A DNA stretch of 56,890 bases from an uncultured Collinsella sp. (lineage in GTDB: Bacteria > Actinomycetota > Coriobacteriia > Coriobacteriales > Coriobacteriaceae). A program made the translations under genes and the position numbers. How positions within the stretch are numbered: the first letter of the stretch is position 1; every line of letters begins with the position of its first letter. Below the pieces are notes generated by a model. That model had not been told where the DNA came from and ran no database searches. It saw only the letters and a program-made list of their open reading frames with translations. This document shows, piece by piece, positions 49,580 through 56,890 of the stretch. Location of the stretch: assembly GCA_900544225.1 (NCBI GenBank), contig UQUD01000001.1:1-56890 (forward strand), in the 5' to 3' direction.

Positions 49580-50449
49580 ATGGCACAGTCAAATATGACG
49601 CGCACGGTGGGGCTCGCGCTCGAGGGAGGCGGCTACCGCGGTATGTATACGGCGGGCGTGCTCGACGTTTGGATGGAGCACGGTTTGACCTGCGACCATA
49701 TGGTGGGCGTCTCGGCGGGCGCGGCGTTTGGCTACAATTTTAAATCGCGCCAGATCGGCCGTGCCATTCGCTATAACAAGGCCTATTGTGCCGATAAGCG
49801 CTATGCGGGTGTAGCAAGCTGGCTGCGGACCGGCGATATGTTCAATGCCGATTTTGCCTATCACGAGGTGCCTATCGAGCGCGATCCCATTGACTTGGAG
49901 GCGTATCGCGCCTGTCCCATGCGGTTTACGTGCGTGTGCACCGATATCGAGACGGGCAAGGCCGTCTACCATGACCTGCCTTATGGCGACGAGCGGGATA
50001 TCGAGTGGATCCGGGCATCGTCGGCGATTCCCGTGGCGACGCGTCCCGTTGCTATTGACGGGCATAAGTATCTGGATGGTGGCGTGGCTGATTCTATTCC
50101 CAGTGCATGGCTGTTTGCGCAGGGGTATGACCGCAATATCGTGGTACTCACGCAGCCGGCGGGCTTTGTGAAGCAGCCCAACAGCGTGATGCCCATGCTG
50201 CGTCGCGTGTTCCGTCACTATCCGGAGTTTGTCTCAGCGCTTGAGCATCGGCATGAGGTTTACAATGCCACGCTCGATGACCTGGCACGTCGCGAGGCTG
50301 CCGGCGAAATCTTTGTGGTGCGTCCGAGCGAATCGGTGAAAGTGCCGTCGCTGTGCCGCGAGCCCGATGAGCTCGAGCGCATCTATCAGATCGGTCGTCG
50401 AGATGCGGAGGCGACTTTGCCGGCGTTGGAGGCCTACCTAGCGGGGTAG
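49580..50449 (+). CDS. patatin-like phospholipase
   Basis: EGGGYRG, GVSAG, YLDGG. Confidence 0.92.
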   Translation: MAQSNMTRTVGLALEGGGYRGMYTAGVLDVWMEHGLTCDHMVGVSAGAAFGYNFKSRQIGRAIRYNKAYCADKRYAGVASWLRTGDMFNADFAYHEVPIERDPIDLEAYRACPMRFTCVCTDIETGKAVYHDLPYGDERDIEWIRASSAIPVATRPVAIDGHKYLDGGVADSIPSAWLFAQGYDRNIVVLTQPAGFVKQPNSVMPMLRRVFRHYPEFVSALEHRHEVYNATLDDLARREAAGEIFVVRPSESVKVPSLCREPDELERIYQIGRRDAEATLPALEAYLAG

Positions 50450-50471
50450 AGCAAACTGCCGCGGACTCGGC

Positions 50472-50517
50472 GGAAAGCGCATCCCGGAATGGAGGTCCAA
50501 ACTGGGATGCGCTTTCC
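50472..50517. terminator. hairpin between convergent genes
   Basis: GGAAAGCGCATCCC / GGGATGCGCTTTCC 14-bp stem. Confidence 0.6.
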
Positions 50518-50561
50518 ATTGCTAAAGATGTGAGGCTGCGGATCAGCTGCTCGGCTTATGC

Positions 50562-51257
50562 CTATGCCTGCTGCCAGGTGTCGACGAGCTCCTTGGCTGC
50601 GGCGTGGGGGTCGTCGGCACTGCAGACGGCGCTCACCACAAAGAAGCCATCGACGCCGGTGGCCTTGAGCTGCGGCAAGTCGGCTGTCTTGACGCCGCCG
50701 CCCACCACGATGGGCACGGGGCTTGCCGCGTGGAGTGCGGCCAGATCCTCAAAGCTTTTGGTGATGATAGAGCCATCGGCTGCGCGTCCGCAGTCGCGCT
50801 TGGTCTCGGTCTCGTGGAGTGGGCCGATGCCCAGGTAGTCGACTAGACTCATATCGGCGGTCTTGACGTACTCGAGCATCTCCTCGCAGCGGGCCGAAAG
50901 TCCCACGATGGCATCGGGGCCCAGAATCTTGCGGCAGACCTCGACGGGAATATCGCTCTGACCCACGTGCACGCCGTCGACAGCAATACCCTGCTCGCGC
51001 GCGGCGAGTACGCAGTCCAGGCGGTCGTCGATTAACAGGGCGACCTGACCGGTCTTGCCGGCCTGCGCGATTGCCTGTGCGGCGTCGCCGGTCAGCGCGA
51101 TGATCTCGCGGGCACTTGCCACCTTGGAGCGCACCTGGATGCAGGTAAAGCCGGCGTCGAGCGCCTGGGCCACCACATCGCCCACGGGGCGTCCGAGGGT
51201 GTTTTCGGGGCCGAGTACCAGATAGGCCGAGATATCAAGGTTGTCGCGGATGCTCAT
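50562..51257 (-). CDS. thiE: thiamine phosphate synthase
   Basis: IQVRSK, IDDRLD, GVHVGQSD, GPLHETETK, VVSAV; in the TPP-controlled operon. Confidence 0.92.
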   Translation of the reverse strand: MSIRDNLDISAYLVLGPENTLGRPVGDVVAQALDAGFTCIQVRSKVASAREIIALTGDAAQAIAQAGKTGQVALLIDDRLDCVLAAREQGIAVDGVHVGQSDIPVEVCRKILGPDAIVGLSARCEEMLEYVKTADMSLVDYLGIGPLHETETKRDCGRAADGSIITKSFEDLAALHAASPVPIVVGGGVKTADLPQLKATGVDGFFVVSAVCSADDPHAAAKELVDTWQQA

Positions 51258-51595
51258 CGTGCTTCCTCCTGCTTCTTGATCTGTGCTTCCATACGCTCGA
51301 GCTTGCCAGTCATGGTGTCGGTAAATCCGGGCCGAATATCGGCTTTGAGCACGACTTCGGTGCGGATGCCCTTGCTCGCCAACACAAAGGTTGCGTCGCG
51401 CACGACCTGCATGACCTCGTCCCAGTCGCCCTCGATCTCGGTGAACATCGAGGTGGTGCGGTTGGGCAGGCCGCTCTCGCGAATGACGCGCACGACTTCG
51501 GCGACCTCGGCGGAGAGCTCATCGCCGGTGCCGCACGGGGCAATGGCCACGGCGACGAGCGTGTTCATGCCGGCATTGGTTGCGGGCTCGGACAT
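51254..51595 (-). CDS. MTH1187/YqgV-like thiamine-binding protein
   Basis: AVAIAP, SGLPNRTTSMFTEIEGDWDEV, KADIRPG. Confidence 0.88.
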   Translation of the reverse strand: MSEPATNAGMNTLVAVAIAPCGTGDELSAEVAEVVRVIRESGLPNRTTSMFTEIEGDWDEVMQVVRDATFVLASKGIRTEVVLKADIRPGFTDTMTGKLERMEAQIKKQEEAR

Positions 51596-51598
51596 AGC

Positions 51599-52438
51599 TT
51601 ATGCCTCCTCGAGCTCGAGTCGGTTATCGGCGATGTCCTGGGCGGTTGCGCGGTAGAGCTCGTCGATAAAGGCGACCTTAAAGCTTGCCGGGGCATCGGC
51701 GACAGCGGCGGCACGCGTGCCGGCAACGTTGTAGACGGCGGTGCCGCAGATGGCTGCCGTAAACGGATCGGCAGCGCAGGCGTACAGAGCCAGCACGCCA
51801 CCCTGCGAGCAGCCGCAGCCGGTGATCTTGGACATGAGCGAACTGCCGCCGTGGGACTTGGCCACCGTCGTGCCGTCGGTAATCAGGTCGACTTCGCCCG
51901 AGACCACTACGGCTCCGCCGGTGTAGCGGGCGAGCGCCACAGCGGCATCGCGGGCGGCGTCGACCGTGTCGGTGGTATCGACACCGCGCACGCGGCTCAG
52001 ATCAGCTGCCTCGCCCTCAAGACCCCACAGGCCGGCGAGTGCGATGATCTCGGAGGCGTTGCCGCGCACGATGGCAGGCTTGTACTGCTTGAGCTCGTTT
52101 ACCAGCTGGGTTCGCAGGCTACCGATGCCCAGGCCCACCGGATCGAGCACCCAGGGCTTGCCGGCGTCGTGTGCCGCCTTGGCCGCGCGGGGAATCGTCT
52201 GCTCGTAGATGGGGAAGAGCGTGCCCATGTTGAGATAGATGGCGCCGCCGCCGGCAACGAGCGCCTCGCCCTCGTCGGGCAGATAGACCATGGCGGCCGA
52301 ACCGCCCACGGCGAGCTGAGCATTGGCGACAAAGTCGATCGTCACCGTGTTGGTGATGGAGCCGGCCATCGGATTGGTGGCGCGAATCTCCTCCACGGCC
52401 TTGACCACATGTTGCTTAAGCTGTTCCGAATCAATCAC
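51599..52438 (-). CDS. thiM: hydroxyethylthiazole kinase
   Basis: ITNTVT, ANAQLAVGGSAAM, VLDPVG, RGNASEI, ITGCGC; GTG start 8 nt after AAGGAGG. Confidence 0.93.
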   Translation of the reverse strand: MIDSEQLKQHVVKAVEEIRATNPMAGSITNTVTIDFVANAQLAVGGSAAMVYLPDEGEALVAGGGAIYLNMGTLFPIYEQTIPRAAKAAHDAGKPWVLDPVGLGIGSLRTQLVNELKQYKPAIVRGNASEIIALAGLWGLEGEAADLSRVRGVDTTDTVDAARDAAVALARYTGGAVVVSGEVDLITDGTTVAKSHGGSSLMSKITGCGCSQGGVLALYACAADPFTAAICGTAVYNVAGTRAAAVADAPASFKVAFIDELYRATAQDIADNRLELEEA

Positions 52439-52460
52439 TGCACATGCCTCCTTGGCATAG

Positions 52461-52491
52461 AAAAGGGGCGCTGTGCATAGACAGCGCCCCT
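52461..52491 (-). terminator. riboswitch expression-platform terminator
   Basis: Minus strand AGGGGCGCTGT-CTATGC-ACAGCGCCCCT followed by TTT. Confidence 0.8.
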
Positions 52492-52502
52492 GTAAAGGCG
52501 GC

Positions 52503-52594
52503 ATGCTCCCTACGCCAGCATTAACTGACAGGTTCAAAGGATTGGGCCCCATGCCCTCTCAGCCTTGTGGTTTGTACCGCCGGCACTCCCGCAT
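52503..52594 (-). promoter_or_regulatory. TPP riboswitch
   Basis: Minus strand GGGAGTGC...GCTGAGAG...CCTTTGAACCTGTCAGTTAATGCTGGCGTAGGGAG, upstream of thiM. Confidence 0.93.
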
Positions 52595-52621
52595 CGAATC
52601 TGTTGTTCCCTATACTAGCGC

Positions 52622-52656
52622 ACCTGCCAAAAAGGGACAGGTTTATTTTGGCAGGT
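52622..52656. repeat. REP-like palindrome, CCTRCCAAAAAGGGACAGG family
   Basis: ACCTGCCAAAA-AGGGACAGGTTTA-TTTTGGCAGGT. Confidence 0.85.
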
Positions 52657-52693
52657 CGTTACAATAGGTAGGACCGATACGAATGGGGGCCTT

Positions 52694-53602
52694 ATGATTA
52701 AACTTGTGCTGACCGATATGGACGATACGCTGATTCCAGCCGGGCATGACGGAGCCAGCGACTACGCCATCGAGGGTATTCATGCCATGCAGGCGGCGGG
52801 TCTGCACTTTGGTCCGGTTTCGGGTCGTCAGCCGTCCGCGATGGGCTGGATGTTCAAAAACCGTTCCGAGTGTTTTTCGACCGGTGCGTTTTGTAACGGC
52901 CAGGTGATGTTTGTCGACGGCGAGGTTGTTGCCTCCCGTGCGAGCGACAACGGTGCCCTCATGCGTCTTGCCGACTATCTTGAGCAAGAGACCGACGATA
53001 CGTACCTGAAGGTCTACAGCCTGGGCGATGACTTTTGGGGTAACGATGCCTACTGCGTGACGAGCGACCCCGAGCGCGTACGCCGCGCCATGGAGTCGGG
53101 CGGCAACGCGTGGCTCAAGGGCGAAGAGGCCCCGTGCCGTCCTGTTGTCGATGATGCCCCGGTGTTCAAGGCGAATATCTGGAGTGCCCGTTCACGTGAG
53201 GAGCTCGTGGAGCTACGCGAGCGCGTTGCCGCCGAGGTGCCGGAGCTCTCGCTTGTGTTTCCCAACAACCGCGTGCGCCTGTTTGACATCCTTCCGGCCG
53301 GTTGGGACAAGGGCCGCGCTGCGCTGGAGCTTGCGCGCGCTTTGGACCTGACGCTCGACGAGGTGGCCGTGTTCGGTGATTCCGATAACGATCTGCCCAT
53401 GATCGATGCCGTTCCCAACTCCGTTGCAGTCGCCAATGCCAACGAGGCTGTCACGGCTGCCGCGCGCTGGCATATCGGCGCTGCGGCAGACGATGCGGTT
53501 GCCGGGGCTCTGCATCAGATTGCCGCCTGTGCCGCGACGGGGGAGATGCCGCCGTTTATGCGTCAGATGGATGCGACGGGTTTCGACGTCACGAACGTCT
53601 AG
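52694..53602 (+). CDS. Cof-type HAD hydrolase
   Basis: LTDMDDTL, SGR, CNG, DKG, FGDSDNDLPM. Confidence 0.92.
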   Translation: MIKLVLTDMDDTLIPAGHDGASDYAIEGIHAMQAAGLHFGPVSGRQPSAMGWMFKNRSECFSTGAFCNGQVMFVDGEVVASRASDNGALMRLADYLEQETDDTYLKVYSLGDDFWGNDAYCVTSDPERVRRAMESGGNAWLKGEEAPCRPVVDDAPVFKANIWSARSREELVELRERVAAEVPELSLVFPNNRVRLFDILPAGWDKGRAALELARALDLTLDEVAVFGDSDNDLPMIDAVPNSVAVANANEAVTAAARWHIGAAADDAVAGALHQIAACAATGEMPPFMRQMDATGFDVTNV

Positions 53603-53612
53603 GGAGAAAGCT

Positions 53613-54509
53613 ATGAAGCTTCAGCAGCTCAGGTATGTCGTCAAGGTTGCCGAATGCGGCAGTATCACCGAGGCCTCGCGCCGGCTCTTTGTGTCGCAGC
53701 CTTCGATTACCGCATCGATCCGCGATCTCGAAAACGAGATGGGTGTGCACATCTTTGAGCGCACCAACAAGGGCGTCATTGTGTCCGAAGAGGGCGAGAC
53801 CTTCTTGGGCTACGCGCGACAGGTGCTTGACCAGGCCGATCTGCTCGAAGGTAAGTACAAGGGCGCGTCCGAGCAGGTGCCGCACTTTAGTGTGAGTTGC
53901 CAGCATTATTCCTTTGCCGTTAATGCGTTTGTCGATGTGATTCGTGAGTTTGATGCCGCGCGCTACGACTTTACCCTGCGCGAGGAGCAGACTCACGAGA
54001 TTATTGAGGACGTCGCGCATATGAAAAGCGAACTAGGCATCTTGTACTTGTCCGAGCACAATCGCGAGGTTATCGAGCGCATGCTGGCGGCCAACGAGCT
54101 CGTGTTCGAAGGGCTCTTCTGCGCCACGCCGCACGTTTTTGTGTGTGCTGACCATCCGCTGGCGGGCCGCTCCAGCGTGACGCTCGAAGACCTCGAGGAC
54201 TACCCATTTTTGTCCTATGAGCAGGGTAGCTACAATTCGTTTTACTATTCCGAGGAGCTGACCTCGACCTTTGAGCGCCGCAAGAATATCCGCGTGCGTG
54301 ACCGTGCGACGTTGTTCAACCTGGTCATGGGCCTCAACGGCTACACGGTGTGTTCGGGCGTGATCAGCCATGAACTTAACGGCCCCGGTATTATCTCCAT
54401 TCCGCTCGATGTAGACGAGTACATGGAGATCGGCATTATCACACGCAAAAATACGACGCTCACGCGCTATGGACAGGCCTATATCGACGCGATTCGTCAA
54501 CATATTTAG
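53613..54509 (+). CDS. LysR family regulator (MtaR/MetR-like)
   Basis: MKLQQLRY, FVSQPSIT, FSVSCQHYSF; upstream of a MetE-like gene. Confidence 0.92.
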   Translation: MKLQQLRYVVKVAECGSITEASRRLFVSQPSITASIRDLENEMGVHIFERTNKGVIVSEEGETFLGYARQVLDQADLLEGKYKGASEQVPHFSVSCQHYSFAVNAFVDVIREFDAARYDFTLREEQTHEIIEDVAHMKSELGILYLSEHNREVIERMLAANELVFEGLFCATPHVFVCADHPLAGRSSVTLEDLEDYPFLSYEQGSYNSFYYSEELTSTFERRKNIRVRDRATLFNLVMGLNGYTVCSGVISHELNGPGIISIPLDVDEYMEIGIITRKNTTLTRYGQAYIDAIRQHI

Positions 54510-54554
54510 CCGCTGCGTTCTGCACGGGTCAAATCTCTTTATGGCAGTCCCAAC

Positions 54555-54577
54555 TGATATAGGAAGCATCTATATCA
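54555..54577. promoter_or_regulatory. LysR (MtaR-type) binding palindrome
   Basis: TGATATAG-GAAGCAT-CTATATCA (TATAG-N7-CTATA). Confidence 0.65.
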
Positions 54578-54663
54578 AACTGTTATAAACGTATATTTTG
54601 CGATGGCTATATGAGCGCTCATACTTTGTCCCAGTAAAGCAACCAATGCAAAGGGAGATATCT

Positions 54664-55797
54664 ATGAGTGCTTTAACCACGCTGAACGCGCCGTTTCGCG
54701 CCGATATCGTCGGCAGTTTTCTTCGTCCTCAGGCCGTGAAGGACGCCCGTGCCGCCTACGCCGCGGGCACGCTTGATGACGACGGCCTTAAGGCCGTCGA
54801 GGACGATGCCATTCGCGATTTGGTGGCAAAGCAGAAGGCCGCCGGCCTGCAGGTCATCACCGATGGTGAGTTTCGCCGCAGCTACTGGCACCTCGATTTT
54901 ATGTGGGGCCTTAACGGCATTGAACGCCGTACCTCGCGTACGGGTTATATGTTCCACGACGAGGAGACCACAGCCGACACCGCAGTGGTAACCGGCCCCA
55001 TTAGCGGCGAGAACCATCCGTTCGTCGAGCACTTTAAATTTGTCAAGGTGCTCGAGGGGGAGGGCCAGGTCGCGCGGCAAACCATTCCGGCGCCGATCCA
55101 GACGTTCTCCGAAGTCACGCTCGACCGCTGCGACGGCCAGCAGGAGAGCCTGCGCGCTGTCTATAAGACCGATGAGGAACTTGCCGACGCCATCGCAGCC
55201 GCTTATCGCACGGTGATCGCCGACCTGTACGCAGCAGGCTGCCGCAACATCCAGTTTGATGACTGCACCTGGGGCATCTACTGTGATACTGACTTTGTGT
55301 CCAAGACCGGCATGAGCCCGGTCGACCTGCAAAGGGTAAGCGAGCTGGGCGTGGCGCTCAACAATGCCGCCATCGCGGACAAGCCCGACGATCTGGTCAT
55401 CAACACGCATGTGTGCCGCGGCAACTACCACTCCACCTATGCCTTCGAGGGCGGCTATGACCCCATCGCGCCGTACCTGTTCGCAAACGAGGATGTCGAT
55501 GCATTTTACCTGGAGTTCGATACGCCGCGCGCCGGCGGTTTTGAGCCGCTCAAGTACGTTGCCCCCGGCAAGAAGGTCGTGCTGGGCTTGGTAACCACCA
55601 AGGCGGCAGAGCTCGAGAACGAGGATGTTATCGTCGAGCGCATCCGTGAAGCCGCAAAGTACGTGCCGCTCGAGAACCTGTATCTGTCGCCTCAGTGCGG
55701 CTTTGCCAGCTGCGAGATTGGCAACAAGCTGACCGAGGATGAGCAATGGGCAAAGATCGCGCTGGTCAAGCGCATTGCCGAGCGCGTTTGGAAATAG
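54664..55797 (+). CDS. cobalamin-independent methionine synthase II family (short MetE-like)
   Basis: RADIVGSFLRP, TDGEFRRSYWHLDF, HVCRGN, LEFD, LSPQCGFAS. Confidence 0.9.
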   Translation: MSALTTLNAPFRADIVGSFLRPQAVKDARAAYAAGTLDDDGLKAVEDDAIRDLVAKQKAAGLQVITDGEFRRSYWHLDFMWGLNGIERRTSRTGYMFHDEETTADTAVVTGPISGENHPFVEHFKFVKVLEGEGQVARQTIPAPIQTFSEVTLDRCDGQQESLRAVYKTDEELADAIAAAYRTVIADLYAAGCRNIQFDDCTWGIYCDTDFVSKTGMSPVDLQRVSELGVALNNAAIADKPDDLVINTHVCRGNYHSTYAFEGGYDPIAPYLFANEDVDAFYLEFDTPRAGGFEPLKYVAPGKKVVLGLVTTKAAELENEDVIVERIREAAKYVPLENLYLSPQCGFASCEIGNKLTEDEQWAKIALVKRIAERVWK

Positions 55798-55919
55798 CGC
55801 TAGTGTTTGCAGGTGGCGGCGCGTGCGAGGCATAGTGTATCGCGTACAATGGTTCGGATCGTATCGTTCGGGCAGGTTATCCGATATGCCTGATCGCCCT
55901 TCCATTCGAAAGGACATCC

Positions 55920-56890
55920 ATGTCCCAGTCCTCGACGCCCGCCGTCAGCGATGCCATCTACGACGCATCGTCGCTCGGCCGCCCGCGCATGTTCCTGCTC
56001 GGCCTACAGCACCTGTTTGCCATGTTTGGCGCCACCGTGTTGGTGCCCGTGCTCACCGGCCTCTCGGTATCGGCAACGCTTTTGTTTGCCGGCTTGGGCA
56101 CGCTGCTGTTCCACTTCCTGTCGCGCGGTAAGGTGCCGGCATTTTTGGGCTCATCGTTTGCCTTTATTGCCGGTTATGCCGCAATCGCGCCCAACGGCGA
56201 GACCGAGCTTTTGCCCTACGCCTGCCTGGGCGTAGCTTGTGCCGGTCTGCTCTATCCGGTGCTGGCGGCCCTGTTCCGCGCGTTTGGCGCCAAGCGCGTT
56301 ATGCGCTTCTTCCCGCCGGTGGTGACTGGCCCCATCGTCATTTCGATCGGTCTGATCCTGGCGAGCTCCGCTATTGCTAACTGCCAGACCAACTGGCTTG
56401 TGGCTGTTATTGCCGTGGCTGTGATCGTCATCTGCAACATCTGGGGCCGCGGTATGGTCAAGATCGTGCCGATTTTGCTGGGCGTTGTGGTGAGCTATGC
56501 CGTTGCGGCTGCGCTCGGCGAGGTTGATTTCTCGGGCGTTGCCGCCGCTCCGTGGGTCGGTCTGCCCATCGTGTGGGACAACACCGTGTTTGCACTCTTT
56601 GGGCCGCAGTTCGATAGCGGTCTTGCCACGACGGCCATCATCACCATCATGCCGCTGGCCTTCGCGACCATGATCGAGCATATCGGCGATATCTCTGCTA
56701 TCGGTTCGACTTGCGAGCGCAACTACATTGCCGATCCCGGTCTGCATCGCACGCTGCTCGGCGACGGCCTTGCCACGATTCTGGCTTCGCTCTTTGGCGC
56801 TCCGGCCAACACTACGTATGGTGAGAACACCGGCGCCTTGAATATCAACTTCATCCGAACACCTCCCACATTCATCCGCACATGTGCGGA
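55920..56890 (+). pseudogene. NCS2/UraA-like uracil-xanthine permease, probably interrupted near 56835
   Basis: Hand translation: LGLQHLFAMFGATVLVP, FLGSSFAF, FPPVVTG, EHIGD, TTYGENTG, then non-family sequence. No stop in the window, so absent from the ORF track. Confidence 0.7.
56839..56890 (+). mobile_element. possible IS terminus (IS21-like)
   Basis: Starts with TG, carries the direct repeat TTCATCCG(A/C)ACA twice and the palindrome TCCGCACATGTGCGGA; replaces the expected permease sequence. Confidence 0.45.

Overview
A 56.9 kb GC-rich chromosomal stretch. Gene content and codon style suggest a gut Coriobacteriia genome, most likely Collinsella; this is inference, not checked. The window appears bounded by insertion sequences. 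The left edge carries the terminal repeat and transposase 5' end of an IS481-family element. At the right edge an NCS2 (UraA-like) permease reading frame switches into IS-end-like sequence. Between them lie about 50 mostly housekeeping or accessory genes: a 2-TM protein plus trypsin-like protease pair, a two-component system with a CxxC/polyferredoxin/TlpA operon, ABC transporters, several RNA-modification genes (dus, tsaA, rlmA-like, rsmJ-like, trmL), prfC, ung, an EF-G/TetM-like GTPase, two AAA ATPases around a class II UvrA, two GGDEF(/EAL) proteins, a TPP-riboswitch thiM-thiE operon, and a LysR plus MetE-like pair. The most unusual signals are non-coding. (1) An array of eight 15-bp repeats in strictly alternating orientation with exactly 25-bp spacers (23210-23504). 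(2) About 10 intergenic REP-like palindromes sharing a GGG(G)AC tag. (3) A rod-shaped sRNA candidate with its own extended -10 promoter (34723-34833, minus strand). (4) A preQ1-like leader ahead of a VUT transporter plus an SDR gene. (5) 10-bp-phased repeats upstream of both AAA ATPase genes. All calls come from reading the sequence and motifs by eye; no database searches were run.
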